A stretch of 64,000 bases of DNA. It comes from an uncultured delta proteobacterium (GTDB taxonomy: Bacteria > Myxococcota > Myxococcia > Myxococcales > Myxococcaceae). The DNA lies in NCBI GenBank assembly GCA_963776345.1, contig CAVZMH010000024.1, positions 89,579 to 153,578 on the forward strand, in the 5' to 3' direction. The translations under genes were made by a program, and so were the position numbers. A model generated the notes under the pieces. That model had not been told where the DNA came from, searched no databases, and saw only the letters and a list, made by a program, of their open reading frames with translations. This document shows positions 42,593 through 52,903 of the stretch, in pieces (positions within the stretch are counted from its first letter, which is position 1; each line of letters opens with the position of its first letter).

Positions 42593-43255
42593 TCAGGGGC
42601 TGCTCCGGGCCGCGAGGGCGCGCAGGTCGCGCATCTCGAGGATGTGCGTGGAGGGCCGCTCCCGGGCGGCGCGGATCATCGCCCGGCCGAGCTCCTCGGT
42701 GGTGATCACCATCGACGGGGCGAGCGCCTGGATGACCGGCGCGATCGGTCCGAGGACGGCGTAGAGGATGCGCGCCCAGCGCGTCCTCGAGACCTCGCCG
42801 TGTACCGGGCGCAAGAGGGCGAGCCGGACCATGTACGCGGCCGGGAAGAGCGCGCGCAGCGCGCCCTCGGTGCGTCCCTTCACCTGCGCCCACATCGCCT
42901 TGCCGCCGGTCCCGGCGCCAGAGACGTAGAGGAAGGCCATCGCCGGATTCACCCGCGCCAGGACCCGCGCCCACCCGAGCGTCAGGTCGTGGGTGAGCCG
43001 GGTGTAGTCCGGCTCGCTCATGCCTGCCGAGGAGACGCCGAGGCAGAAGAAGCAGGCCTCGTACCCCCGCAGCTCCGCCTCCGGAACGTCGACGGCGAAC
43101 AGGTCCTTGCGGACGAGCTCGCGGAGCTTGGGGTCGGTCCGTCCGGTGGGGCTGCGGCCGATGGAGAGCACGGCCGCGACGCTGTCGTCGCGCAGACACT
43201 GGCCCAGCACGGCCTGGCCCACCATCCCCGTCGCTCCGAAGAGGATGACCTTCAT
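42593..43255 (-). CDS. NAD(P)-dependent epimerase/atypical SDR
   Basis: MKVILFGATGMVG, CFFCLGVSS, YVSGAGT, VKGRTE. Confidence 0.88.
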   Translation of the reverse strand: MKVILFGATGMVGQAVLGQCLRDDSVAAVLSIGRSPTGRTDPKLRELVRKDLFAVDVPEAELRGYEACFFCLGVSSAGMSEPDYTRLTHDLTLGWARVLARVNPAMAFLYVSGAGTGGKAMWAQVKGRTEGALRALFPAAYMVRLALLRPVHGEVSRTRWARILYAVLGPIAPVIQALAPSMVITTEELGRAMIRAARERPSTHILEMRDLRALAARSSP

Positions 43256-43344
43256 TCCGGGCATGCGGCGCCTCCGGGCACGGGCGTCACTCAAGCGCGG
43301 TTCCGGACGCAGGGCCAGCGATTCGCCCCGGCCCGGGGTCGGGC

Positions 43345-43902
43345 TCAGCCCTCGAGCAGCATTCCGATCGCCACCTCGGCGTCGCGGAGCGGTTCCACGC
43401 TCCGTCGAACCCGGGCGAGCAGCAGCGCCCCCTCGATGAGCGAGAGCACCGTCCGGGCGAGGCGATCGGGCGCGGTCACCCGCGGCCGCTCCTTCCGCAG
43501 ACGCTCGGCGAGCACCACCGTCCACCGCTCGAACACCTCGGCGCACGCGGCGGAGAGGGCCGGGGCCTCGTCGGAGGCCTCGAGCGCCGTGGTGGCCACC
43601 GGGCACCCCAGCGCGAACTCGGAGGCCTCGAGCTGCCGGGCGAACATCCGCGCCACGGACTGGAGCCCGCTCCGCACGTCCGGCTTGCCGTCCAGCTTCG
43701 CCTGCAGGGCCAGGCCCAGCTGCTCCCCGAGCCGCCGGACCGCCTCGGCCGCCATCTGCTCCTTCCCCTCGGGGAAGTGGAAGTAGAGCGAGCCGCGCGG
43801 GGCGCCCGCCTCGGTCAGCACCTGCGCCAGCCCGGTGGCGTGGTAGCCCTGCCGCGCCAGCAGCCGCGCCGTGACCTCCACCATCCGTTCCCGGGTGTCC
43901 AT
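43345..43902 (-). CDS. TetR-family regulator (LmrA/YxaF type)
   Basis: QGYHATGL..V..AGAPRGSLYFHFPEGKEQ; GCPVATTALE. Confidence 0.93.
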   Translation of the reverse strand: MDTRERMVEVTARLLARQGYHATGLAQVLTEAGAPRGSLYFHFPEGKEQMAAEAVRRLGEQLGLALQAKLDGKPDVRSGLQSVARMFARQLEASEFALGCPVATTALEASDEAPALSAACAEVFERWTVVLAERLRKERPRVTAPDRLARTVLSLIEGALLLARVRRSVEPLRDAEVAIGMLLEG

Positions 43903-43924
43903 GCGCCGTGCCTCCTTGATCCCG

Positions 43925-43964
43925 CTAGACCGATCGGTCTAGAGAGTAGACCGACTGGTCTACT
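43925..43964. promoter_or_regulatory. Tandem palindromic TetR operators
   Basis: Perfect CTAGACCGATCGGTCTAG (43925-43942) and AGTAGACC-GACT-GGTCTACT (43945-43964) between divergent genes. Confidence 0.85.
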
Positions 43965-43983
43965 TATCGCACGGAGGTGCCCG

Positions 43984-44862
43984 GTGCGTCCCATCGAGTT
44001 CGTGTTCGAGGCCGACGACGGCCGCCCCCTCGCCGGGACGGTGCTCGAGCCCGCCCGCGCCGACGGCGCGGTGGTCATCGCCAGCGCCACCGGCGTTCCC
44101 CGGCGCATCTACGCCGGCATCGCCCGGCACCTCGCCGACGCGGGCCTGGCGGTCCTCACCTTCGACTACCGCGGCATCGGCGACTCCCGCCAGGGTCCCC
44201 TGCGCCGGGAGCCGGCCCGGATGCAGGACTGGGGGCGGCTGGACCTCGAGGGCGCGCTCTCCTGGATGCGCCAGCAGCACCCCCGCGCCCCGCTGCTCCT
44301 CCTCGGCCACAGCGCGGGCGGGCAGCTGGTGGGGCTGGCTCCCTCCGCGCGCCACCTCTCGGGGGCGGCGCTGGTCGGCTCGCAGCTGGGCTGGGCCGGC
44401 CACTGGCCGTGGCCCTGGAGGGGGCTGATGTGGAGCGCCTGGCACGCGCTCATCCCCGGCCTCACCGCGCTCGCCGGCTTCCTCCCGATGCGCGCCCTGG
44501 GGCAGGGGGAGGACCTCCCCCCCGGCGTGGCCCGCGAGTGGGCCCGGTGGGGACGCCGCCGCCACTACCTCTTCGACGACCTCGGCGCCGAGGCGCGGGC
44601 CGCCTACGCCGCCCTGCGCTTCCCGGTGCGCGCGCTGCACATCGCCGACGACCTCTACGCACCGCGCAGCGGCGTGGAGGCGCTGGTCTCGTTCTACGGC
44701 GGCGACCGCGAGGTCTGCTCGGTGAGCCCGGCGGAGATCGGCGCGCCGCGCATCGGCCACTTCGGCTGGGTGCGGCCGCCCTACGAGCAGGGCATCTGGG
44801 CGCCCATCCGCGACTGGCTCCTCCGGCGGCTGGAGCCCACGCCGCTCAGCCGGACCGGCTAG
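43984..44862 (+). CDS. Alpha/beta-fold hydrolase
   Basis: FDYRGIG, nucleophile GHSAGG, DD, GHFG; GGAGG RBS before GTG. Confidence 0.9.
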   Translation: MRPIEFVFEADDGRPLAGTVLEPARADGAVVIASATGVPRRIYAGIARHLADAGLAVLTFDYRGIGDSRQGPLRREPARMQDWGRLDLEGALSWMRQQHPRAPLLLLGHSAGGQLVGLAPSARHLSGAALVGSQLGWAGHWPWPWRGLMWSAWHALIPGLTALAGFLPMRALGQGEDLPPGVAREWARWGRRRHYLFDDLGAEARAAYAALRFPVRALHIADDLYAPRSGVEALVSFYGGDREVCSVSPAEIGAPRIGHFGWVRPPYEQGIWAPIRDWLLRRLEPTPLSRTG

Positions 44863-45302
44863 CCCCGCTGGAAGCGGTTTTGTAGGACGAGCGCGGTGCG
44901 GGTCCGCGCCACGCCGGGGAGCGCGGCGACCGCCGCCCGGATCCGGTCCACGCCGGCGATGTCCCTGGACTGGACCTGGAGAACCAGGTCCAGCTCTCCG
45001 CTCACCGAGTCGCAGACCCGGACCTCGGGGAAGGTCTGGAGCGCCGCGGCGAGCTGCTCGTGGCTGGCCGCGGTGGCGGAGACCAGCAGATAGGCGTGCA
45101 CCTCGGACGAGCGGTTGCCGCGGCGGATGGTGTACCCGGTGATGTGGCCCATCCGCTCCAGCCGCTCGATGCGCTCCTGGATCGCGCTCCGCGAGCGCCC
45201 CACCCGGCGGGCGAGCTGGGCGTGCGAGATCCGTCCGTCCATCTCCAGCAGCGCCAGGAGCTGGAGATCCAGCGGATCGAGCGCACGAGGGGAGGCGTCC
45301 AT
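44859..45302 (-). CDS. Lrp/AsnC-family regulator
   Basis: LDPLDLQLLALLEMDGRIS..LARRVG.SRSAIQERIERLE; VSGELD. Confidence 0.92.
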   Translation of the reverse strand: MDASPRALDPLDLQLLALLEMDGRISHAQLARRVGRSRSAIQERIERLERMGHITGYTIRRGNRSSEVHAYLLVSATAASHEQLAAALQTFPEVRVCDSVSGELDLVLQVQSRDIAGVDRIRAAVAALPGVARTRTALVLQNRFQRG

Positions 45303-45540
45303 CGTCATCGGCGTGCAGGAGTGTAACGCGCGAGCGCGACCGCGCTTTCGACGGTGGGGGCGCCCGGCACATCGCCGGGCCGCGGACGAATCCGCGCAAC
45401 ATCGGCGGTGTCCCGGCGGTCATTTCCATCGAGGGGAGCGGTGAGGTGATGGGGTGCGATCCACCGTCCTCCCGTGCGCCGGGAAGCCTCGGGGTCCCCC
45501 CCCGGGCCGCGGGGCCGCCCGGCGCCGGGAGGCGGTGGCG

Positions 45541-46431
45541 CTAGAGCGCGGCGAAGGGCGCGCCCTGGGGGATGTAGATCAGATCGTACTCGGTGCTCCA
45601 CGTCTTCCCTCCGTCCTCCGACCCCTGGCTGAACTGGCGCACCCGGTGACCGCTGAGCGGGGTGAAGGTGAGCCGGCGCAGGTACGCCTTGCCGTCCGGC
45701 TGAGGCTGGTCGGAGTGGTAGGTCATCACTCCGGCCTCCAGCTGCCCGGTGAAGAAGACGGGCGTCGCGCTCGAGTCCACCCACGACTGCTCCCAGCGCT
45801 TGCGGGCCGGGTTCCAGGTGTTCCAGCTCTTGCCCTCGCCCGTCCCCTTCCAGTTCTCGAGCACCACGCAGTCGGCGAGGATGCGCTCGATCCGGCTCTG
45901 CCCCACCAGGTTCCCGCTGCGATCGTAGACGTCCCAGCTCCCCACCCAGAAGTCGAACTGCCGCCAGGGCGAGCCGGGCTGGGCGCACGGGGCGGCGAGC
46001 GCCGCGAACTTCGCCGCCAGCTCCTTGAACCGGGCGTCGCCCGCCACCGCCGGCTCCGAGTCGACCGGCGGGAACCCCGCGGGAGGTCCGAAGCCCTCCT
46101 TCACCAGCGGCTGGAGCAGGGCCAGCGCCTGGTCCTTCTCCCCCAGCCGCTCGTGCGCCAGGGCCCGCTGGTACTGCATCAGCGGCGGGAAGAACCCCAG
46201 CTGCTCCGCCTTCTGCAGCGCGGTGAGGGCCTCGCGCGCCTTGCCCAGCTCCCGCAGCGAACGGCCCAGGCGAGCCCAGCTGGAGGCCTGTTCCGGGTGC
46301 GCCTTCACCACCGCCTCGTACTGCGCGGCGGCGGTGGCCCAGTCCTTGCGGGCGAAGGCCTGGTTGGCGCCGGCGAGCGGATCCGCCGGCTGGGTGGCGA
46401 GCACGGCGACGAGCAGTGCGGCAGCGAGCAT
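45541..46431 (-). CDS. Secreted TPR protein with C-terminal beta domain
   Basis: Signal peptide, TPR-like helices, QFDFWVGSWDV, W.QSWVD, SEDGGKTW. Confidence 0.78.
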   Translation of the reverse strand: MLAAALLVAVLATQPADPLAGANQAFARKDWATAAAQYEAVVKAHPEQASSWARLGRSLRELGKAREALTALQKAEQLGFFPPLMQYQRALAHERLGEKDQALALLQPLVKEGFGPPAGFPPVDSEPAVAGDARFKELAAKFAALAAPCAQPGSPWRQFDFWVGSWDVYDRSGNLVGQSRIERILADCVVLENWKGTGEGKSWNTWNPARKRWEQSWVDSSATPVFFTGQLEAGVMTYHSDQPQPDGKAYLRRLTFTPLSGHRVRQFSQGSEDGGKTWSTEYDLIYIPQGAPFAAL

Positions 46432-46570
46432 GGGAGACGCCCCTCCTCGGGCGAGCGGTGAGTCTCCGGTGGTACCCCTTCGGCGCTCTTGGACGAAACG
46501 CGGGGTCTGGGACCAGACGGAACTGTGCTGCAATCGTTCCTCCGCCCGACCGAACATGGGAATGGGCCAA

Positions 46571-47401
46571 ATGTCCGTCCCAGGTCCCATCCCGCGTGCC
46601 CTCTCGCACTACGAGCGGGCGGTCGCCCTGGAGGCGGGTGGGCTGCTCATGACCCGGGCCTGGTTCGCTCCCGGGCTGCGGCTCCAGCCGCACGCCCACG
46701 CCACGGCCAGCGTCGCGGTCGTCCTTCGCGGCGGCTGGGAAGGCCAGCTCGACCGGCACACCTCGACCCTCCAGCGCGGGGACACCGTGCTGGTCACTCC
46801 GGCGGGGGCGAGGCACTGGAACGCCTTCTTCCCTGCGGAGACCGAGGTGCTGGTGGTCGAGCTGGAGCCCGAGCGCTCGCGGCTGGACCGGGGCTACCAG
46901 GCGCTGCTCTCCGAGCCGGCGACCCTGCACCAGAGGGGCCTCGGCGGGCTCGCCGCCCGGCTGGCCGCCGAGCTGAGGGCACCGGACGCGCACTCCCCGC
47001 TCCTCTCCGAGGGCCTGGCGCTGGAGCTGCTGGCCACGGTGGGCCGGGCCGCCGACAGCGAGCGCGGACCCTCCCGGCCGCACTGGCTGGACCGGGCCGA
47101 GGAGTGTCTTCGCGCTGGAATTCTCCACGGCTGGACCCTCGGTGCGCTCTCCGGGGCGGTGGAGGTGGACCCGAGTCGCCTGGTGCGCGGGTTCCGGCGC
47201 CACCTGCGCACGACACCGGCGGAGTATCTGCGGCGGCTCCGCGTGGACGAGGCGCGGCGGCTGCTGTCGGACACCGAACGTCCCATCGCCGAGATCGCCC
47301 TCGACACCGGCTTCACCGACCAGAGTCACCTCACCCGTGTCTTCCGGCGCGCGCTGGGCGAGACGCCGGCCGCCTTCCGCAGGCGATTTCGCCAGGGCTG
47401 A
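46571..47401 (+). CDS. AraC-family regulator
   Basis: Cupin HAH; IAEIALDTGFTDQSHLTRVFRRALGETP; start uncertain. Confidence 0.9.
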   Translation: MSVPGPIPRALSHYERAVALEAGGLLMTRAWFAPGLRLQPHAHATASVAVVLRGGWEGQLDRHTSTLQRGDTVLVTPAGARHWNAFFPAETEVLVVELEPERSRLDRGYQALLSEPATLHQRGLGGLAARLAAELRAPDAHSPLLSEGLALELLATVGRAADSERGPSRPHWLDRAEECLRAGILHGWTLGALSGAVEVDPSRLVRGFRRHLRTTPAEYLRRLRVDEARRLLSDTERPIAEIALDTGFTDQSHLTRVFRRALGETPAAFRRRFRQG

Positions 47402-47772
47402 ATCCGCCCGGGGAGGCTCCGCTCAGGCAGCCGAGAGGCCGGGCGGCTCGACGGGAGCGGCCGGGCGGTGCCCACCGTGCGCAACGCCTCGGCGAGCAGC
47501 GCCACGCGATCGGGACGTGGCCGGTACACGGTCCAGCGCCCCCGACGCTCCGTCTCCACCAGGTTGGCCTCCTTCAGGATGCGCAGGTGGTGCGACACCA
47601 GCGCATGCGGCAGACCCACCAGCAGCTCGAGGTCGGAGAGGCAGAGTCCGCGCTCGCCCGAGCGCACCGGCCCGGCCCGTGGCCCCTCCCATCCGAGCAG
47701 CAGCTCCAGCATCCGCAACCGGGTGGGTTCAGCCACTGCCTTCAACGCGCTGAGGAGTTCGTTCGCGCTCAT
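47326..47772 (-). CDS. ArsR/SmtB-family regulator, copy 1
   Basis: LKAVAEPTRLRML, VSHHLRILKEANLV, RRGRWTVY; true end may be 47423 if one base is missing in GGG 47453-47455. Confidence 0.88.
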   Translation of the reverse strand: MSANELLSALKAVAEPTRLRMLELLLGWEGPRAGPVRSGERGLCLSDLELLVGLPHALVSHHLRILKEANLVETERRGRWTVYRPRPDRVALLAEALRTVGTARPLPSSRPASRLPERSLPGRIQPWRNRLRKAAGVSPSARRKTRVR

Positions 47773-47838
47773 GTCGCTGCTCCGGCCAACAGGAGGACGC
47801 GGGACCGGGGCGGCCATTGCCCCGGTCCCTCGCCCTCG

Positions 47839-48585
47839 TCACTTCAATCCAGGGAACGGCTGGGTGAAGAAGCAGATTCCCAGGGTGGGGTCTCCGGTCA
47901 GGAAGGTGGTCACCCAGTCTTCCTTGACGCAGGCGATCGCGTAGTCCGGGTTGAGGCCCGAGGCGAACCTCCCGTTCGCCGGATCTCCGAACGGGTCGCA
48001 GATCAGGTCGGTGTCGCACGGGCCGATGAACCCGATCGGCGACGGCGTCAGCCCCTGCATCTTGTAGGTGCCGGTGCAGGTGCCGAAGGTGATGTCCACG
48101 TCCCCCTCGAAGGTCGAGCCCTGGTAGCGGGCGCCGTCGAGGAAGCGCAGGTTCGTCGCGTGGTAGACGAGGTTGGTCAGCCCGAGCCCCAGCACATCGG
48201 TGTCCGAGGTCATCGGGGTGAGCTCCGGGATGGTGCAGATGTCGTCCGCGTCCGGCACCGCGGAGAAGGTGCCGTGGCCGAGCACCGGGCTGTCCGGTCC
48301 GCCCGTGTCGGGGTACGGCATGCTGTCCGACTTCACGTAGATCGCGTTGTCCGAGAACCCGTCGAACCGCCAGTTGTCGGCGTAGATCGCCGGAAGGACG
48401 TTCTCGCACCCTGCGGGCGCGGTGCCCTGCAGCGTGAACTTGATGGTGTACCCCTGCAGCGGCGGTCGCTGGATGAGGCACGGGGCGGGGGCCGCCGTCG
48501 GGCAGCCGGTGAGGACCACCCCGGCCAGCGAGAGGACGGCGACCAGGACGGCGTGCATGCCTGCGGCTCTGGAGTGCATTGGCAT
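47839..48585 (-). CDS. mlpA: MlpA-like Cys-rich lipoprotein, copy 1
   Basis: Lipobox VLTGC; SGLNPDYAIAC and C-terminal PGLK resemble Myxococcus MlpA; directly downstream of an Oar-like gene. Confidence 0.75.
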   Translation of the reverse strand: MPMHSRAAGMHAVLVAVLSLAGVVLTGCPTAAPAPCLIQRPPLQGYTIKFTLQGTAPAGCENVLPAIYADNWRFDGFSDNAIYVKSDSMPYPDTGGPDSPVLGHGTFSAVPDADDICTIPELTPMTSDTDVLGLGLTNLVYHATNLRFLDGARYQGSTFEGDVDITFGTCTGTYKMQGLTPSPIGFIGPCDTDLICDPFGDPANGRFASGLNPDYAIACVKEDWVTTFLTGDPTLGICFFTQPFPGLK

Positions 48586-48588
48586 CCT

Positions 48589-51500
48589 CTAGAAGGTGAA
48601 GCGGAGGCTGAACCGGAAGCTGCGCACCGGCTGGTAGTTGGTTGGCTTGCCCCAGTTGGTGTTGGTGTTCACGAAGCCCACCGTCTGGGTCGGGGTCGGG
48701 AGGAGGACCTGCGCCGCGGCGCCGCCGATGAACCGCGGCTTGGGCAGCGAGCCGTTGCCTTGCGAGATCACCGTCGCGTTCCCGGCGGCCACGTTCTGGT
48801 CCCAGGTCAGGTTGGGGTCGTAGTTGGGGCCGGCCCTCACGATGGACCCGTACGGCGTGGGGACGCTGCCGTTGCGGGCGCCGATGACCGGGCCGACGTT
48901 GTCGAAGGTGTAGTTGTTGTCGACGGTGATCGCCCGCTGCGAGTTGAAGATGTTGAAGCCCTCGATGCTGGCGCTGAGGACGCTGTCCTTCGAGAACCGG
49001 AAGTTGAAGGACAGCCGCGCGTCGAGCGAGGTGACCCAGGGCAGCCGGCCGCCGGCGCCGCGCTCCAGGATGTACGCCTGGCCCGGCCCGTAGGTGACCT
49101 GCGCGCCCAGGTAGTTGATGGGAGCGCCCGAGGCCGCGGTGAACGAGCCGCCGCCGGTGATGCTGAACGTCGGGAGGATCACGAACTCCTTCGCCAGGAA
49201 CACCTTGACGGTGTGGGTGATGTCCCCGGAAAGGTTCCCGTCCTGGTTCAGGAGCAGGCTCTTCAGGTCGAAGGTGGAGTTGAGGTTCGGGTCGAGCTGC
49301 CCGTCCTCGGGTCGGTACAGGCCGTCGTAGTTCCCGGTGAGCCGCGACCAGGTGTAGCTGACCTGCGCCTGCCAGAGGTCGGAGAAGGTCTTGGTGAAGC
49401 TGACCGTCACCGCGTGGAAGGTGCGCGTGGCCTTGGGGAAGGTGTCGGCGATGCCCTCGCCCGGGTTCCCGATGAAGTAGGTGTTGGCCTCGTCGTTGGA
49501 CATGTCCTCCACCGCGCGGACGAGGTTCCGGTACGTGTAGTTCAGCCCCAGCCGGGCGTTGGCCAGGATCTCGTACTCGGCCCCGGCGACGATCTCGTCG
49601 TTGGCCGCGGACTTGAGGTCCGGATCCACCGGGACCTGGTCCGCCGCGCTCTGGCGCCACTTCCGGTTGGGACGGAGCCCGGAGGTGAGCCGCTTGGCGG
49701 CGTCGCAGCGCGCCAGCCCGCCTGCGCCCACCGGGTCGCAGTCGGTGTTGGAGTAGCCGTAGATCTGCGGCTCGGTGCTCAGCTCGCGGTCGGCGATGTC
49801 CAGGGGGATCTGCTCGTAGTACCGCCCGTAGTTGGCGTAGATCTTCGCCCGCCCCTGCTGGGTGGGGTCGTAGACGAAGCCGATCCGCGGCGAGAGCTGG
49901 TCCTTCAGCGCGATCCGGGTGATGCCGTCCTCGCCGGCCAGCGCCAGCGTGTCGTAGCGGAGGCCGACGTTGAGGGTGACCTTGTCCATGATGCTCCAGC
50001 TGTCCTGGAGGAAGAACCCCATGATGGTGGACTTGCTCTTGGCGGTGATGCTGTCCAGGGTCACCGCCTGGTCGGGCGCGGTGAGGTAGCCGTAGCGCCG
50101 GGCCTCGTTGATCGCCGGCAACCCGTCGGGCGTGCCGTTGCCCTGGAGGTATTGCCAGGCTGCCCGGCCGGTATAGGCCTTGGTGTGCTCGTAGTAGGAG
50201 ATGGCCCCGTCGGCGCCTCCCTTGATCACGTGGTGGCCGAGCCCGTTTGCCAGCAAGGTCAGGACGCCGCGGGCCTGGTAGCTGTCGAGCGTCAGCCGCT
50301 CGATGAAGCCTGGCCCGCCGACCGCGTAGCCCAGGAAGCCGCACTCGGTGTTGGCGAACGGACCCGAGCAGGCGTCGCGGACTGCTTGCGGGACGTTCGG
50401 CTCGATGGTGGCGATGTTGACCAGGTCCGCGGTGCTGAGGATGTAGTTGGGCGTGCCGGCGAGCGTCCCCTCCCTCCCGGTGTCGAAGCCGCTTCCGTCG
50501 GCGGGGAGCCCCTCGTCGACCTGGTGGTGCCAGCCGAAGCGCAGGTCGAGCAGCAGCCGCTTGTCGAGGAAGCTGCTGTTGAGCTCGGCGTTGACGTTGT
50601 ACGAGTCGTCACGGGTCTTGAGGTTGAAGACGTTGTACCCCGTGCCGGCATACAGCCCGGGGTTCGCCGGGTTCCGCGCCTGGAGGACGCCCGGCACCCG
50701 GATAGGGTAGTTGCCGTCGCCGCCGCCCGTGGTGGGCGTGCCGTTCACCGACACGCTCAGCCGGTGGTCCGGGGTGATGAGGTAGGTCAGCTTCCCGATG
50801 AAGTTGATCGTCTTCTCCGTCCCGAACTTGCGGCTCTCTCCACCGGGAATCGGGCTGTAGATGGGCTGGCCGGTCACCGGGTCGTTGACGAAGTTCCCGG
50901 ACCCGTCCACCTGGGCCTTCTGGTACGTGCGGCTGTACGAGTAGCGCTGCGACGCGAACTGGAAGCCGGCGAAGAACCAGAGCTTGTCCTTGACGATGTA
51001 GCCGCCCAGCGTGGCCCCGAGGTCGTAGATCTGGTCGAGGTCTCGCGCGCCGAGGATCGCGGGCGTGCCTCCCTGCACGGTGAGCGGTCCGGGCGCCCCG
51101 GTCAGACTGCCGGGCGTCCAGGTGCCGAAGATCGACCCGTGGAACTCGTTGCCGCCGGACTTGGTGGTGGCGCTCAGGGCCCCGCCCATCGTCCGTCCGT
51201 ACTCGGGCATGTAGCCGCCGGTGATGACGTTCACCTCGTCGATGAACTCCACCGTGAGCGGCGTGCCGTTCACCCCGTAGGCCGGGTCGTTCACCGCCAG
51301 ACCGTCGATCAGGTAGCTGTTCTCCGGGCTCTGGGACCCGCTGATCGCCACACCGTAGAGGTCGTTGGCTGCGTTGGGAGCGGTGGCGGCGAGCGAGTCG
51401 AAGGAACGGTTGGCGCCGCCGAGGCCGTTGGGCCGCGACACGGCGAAGTTCCGCACGAAGTCGCTGTTCACCGTGGTGCCGACGGTGCTGGAGCCGACGT

Positions 51501-51933
51501 CCACCACCGGAGGGGTTCCCACCACGGTGACCGTCTCCACGCCCGCCACCTCCGGCAGCAGCTCCACGTTGAGCCGCAGGGTGCGATCCGCGGCGACCTC
51601 GATCCCGGCGCGGCTGAACGGGCGATAGGTCTCCTTCTCGAAGCGCAGGGTGTACGTGCCGGGCGGCAGCTGAGGGACGCGGTAGAGCCCGGAGGCGTCG
51701 GTGACCACCACCTGCTCGCCCTGCAGCGAGGGCGAGGTGGCGGTGACCACCACGTCGGCCACCGGTGCGCGCGTGCTCGCGTCCACCACGTTGCCGGTGA
51801 GCACCGAGATGCTCGATTGAGCAAGCGCCGTGGAGGCGCCCAGCAGTGCGCCGGCGAGGAACAGCCGGCGGAGGCGTTCGCCCCGGCCGGAGCCCGCGAC
51901 GCGGCGACGAATCGTGATTCGTTCCAAGTGCAC
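48589..51933 (-). CDS. oar: Oar-like TonB-dependent outer-membrane transporter, copy 1
   Basis: VADVVVTATSPSLQGEQVVVTD, ITGGYMPEYGR, TKSGGNEFHGS, QDSWS, terminal RFTF; GTG with GGAGG RBS. Confidence 0.88.
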   Translation of the reverse strand: MHLERITIRRRVAGSGRGERLRRLFLAGALLGASTALAQSSISVLTGNVVDASTRAPVADVVVTATSPSLQGEQVVVTDASGLYRVPQLPPGTYTLRFEKETYRPFSRAGIEVAADRTLRLNVELLPEVAGVETVTVVGTPPVVDVGSSTVGTTVNSDFVRNFAVSRPNGLGGANRSFDSLAATAPNAANDLYGVAISGSQSPENSYLIDGLAVNDPAYGVNGTPLTVEFIDEVNVITGGYMPEYGRTMGGALSATTKSGGNEFHGSIFGTWTPGSLTGAPGPLTVQGGTPAILGARDLDQIYDLGATLGGYIVKDKLWFFAGFQFASQRYSYSRTYQKAQVDGSGNFVNDPVTGQPIYSPIPGGESRKFGTEKTINFIGKLTYLITPDHRLSVSVNGTPTTGGGDGNYPIRVPGVLQARNPANPGLYAGTGYNVFNLKTRDDSYNVNAELNSSFLDKRLLLDLRFGWHHQVDEGLPADGSGFDTGREGTLAGTPNYILSTADLVNIATIEPNVPQAVRDACSGPFANTECGFLGYAVGGPGFIERLTLDSYQARGVLTLLANGLGHHVIKGGADGAISYYEHTKAYTGRAAWQYLQGNGTPDGLPAINEARRYGYLTAPDQAVTLDSITAKSKSTIMGFFLQDSWSIMDKVTLNVGLRYDTLALAGEDGITRIALKDQLSPRIGFVYDPTQQGRAKIYANYGRYYEQIPLDIADRELSTEPQIYGYSNTDCDPVGAGGLARCDAAKRLTSGLRPNRKWRQSAADQVPVDPDLKSAANDEIVAGAEYEILANARLGLNYTYRNLVRAVEDMSNDEANTYFIGNPGEGIADTFPKATRTFHAVTVSFTKTFSDLWQAQVSYTWSRLTGNYDGLYRPEDGQLDPNLNSTFDLKSLLLNQDGNLSGDITHTVKVFLAKEFVILPTFSITGGGSFTAASGAPINYLGAQVTYGPGQAYILERGAGGRLPWVTSLDARLSFNFRFSKDSVLSASIEGFNIFNSQRAITVDNNYTFDNVGPVIGARNGSVPTPYGSIVRAGPNYDPNLTWDQNVAAGNATVISQGNGSLPKPRFIGGAAAQVLLPTPTQTVGFVNTNTNWGKPTNYQPVRSFRFSLRFTF

Positions 51934-52171
51934 CCCTCCTCGGACTGCGTGACGCTCGGGAGGATGGGGCCGGCAGGTGGGCCGGGTCAGGATTGCGCCT
52001 GAACCAACCGGCACTGTGGTCCGTCCGTACCAGTCGGTTCGCGGCCGGACGACGGCGGTTCGCCGGAGACTGCAGCGAGGAGGCCGCGGGGTGCGGCGAA
52101 GGCCCGCAACAGGGGTCAACGGGCGTTGTCACAGTGGATGAGGGGGATGTACCAAGAAGAACGACAGGCGC

Positions 52172-52900
52172 ATGTCACTCACCAGTGCTCCGCAACTGCT
52201 GTCGGAGATCGCCGCACTTGCCGTCCGTGCCCACGACCGTGCCGAGTTCCGCTCCGGAACGCTGGCGCTGCTCCAGGGTGTCGTCCCCTTCGAGGTCGCC
52301 TTCGTCCAGAGCGGCGCCTCCACCGCCGGGCCCGAGCCAGTCAGCTGGGGCCTGCCGCCGCTCGCCGCCCGGCTCCTGGCCAGGAGGGCGGATACCGTCT
52401 GGAGCGAGCTGGCGGGGATCCGCGCCGCCGCGCTCGGTGGGGGAGGGGTGGTGGAAGCCTCGGGGCTGGTGAGCGCGGACTCCGAGCTCGGGCGCCTGCT
52501 GCGCACCGATCGCCCGGTCCGTCACCTGTGCCTCGCCGCGCTCGAGGAGGGCCGGACGGCGGTGGTGCTGGGGCGAGCCAGCGAGCCCTTCACCCGTCGG
52601 GAGCTGGAGCTCCTCCGGCTGTGCCTCCCGGTCGTCGGGCTGGGAGACCGGCGGGCCAGCGAGGTCCAGGAGGCGCTCGGGGCGCGGCTCACCCCGCGCG
52701 AGCAGGAGATCTTCGACTACGTCAGCCGGGGCTACAACAACCGGGAGATCGCCGCCGCGCTCGGGACCTCGCACTTCACGGTGCGGAACCAGCTGTGCCG
52801 GCTCTTCCGCAAGGTCGGCGTGAGCGGACGCTCCGAGCTCGTCGGGCTCGCCGCGATGGCCACCCGCCGGCCCGCGCCGGCCACGGCCCGCGCCGGCTAG
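52172..52900 (+). CDS. LuxR-type HTH regulator with an unknown N-terminal sensor, copy 1
   Basis: LTPREQEIFDYVSRGYNNREIAAALGTS..TVRNQL..LFRKVGV. Confidence 0.9.
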   Translation: MSLTSAPQLLSEIAALAVRAHDRAEFRSGTLALLQGVVPFEVAFVQSGASTAGPEPVSWGLPPLAARLLARRADTVWSELAGIRAAALGGGGVVEASGLVSADSELGRLLRTDRPVRHLCLAALEEGRTAVVLGRASEPFTRRELELLRLCLPVVGLGDRRASEVQEALGARLTPREQEIFDYVSRGYNNREIAAALGTSHFTVRNQLCRLFRKVGVSGRSELVGLAAMATRRPAPATARAG

Positions 52901-52903
52901 GGC

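Noticed and set aside
46489..52002. 1837-aa plus-strand ORF
   Set aside because: Shadow frame opposite arsR/mlpA/oar and out of frame with araC; stop-poor because of high GC; no motifs
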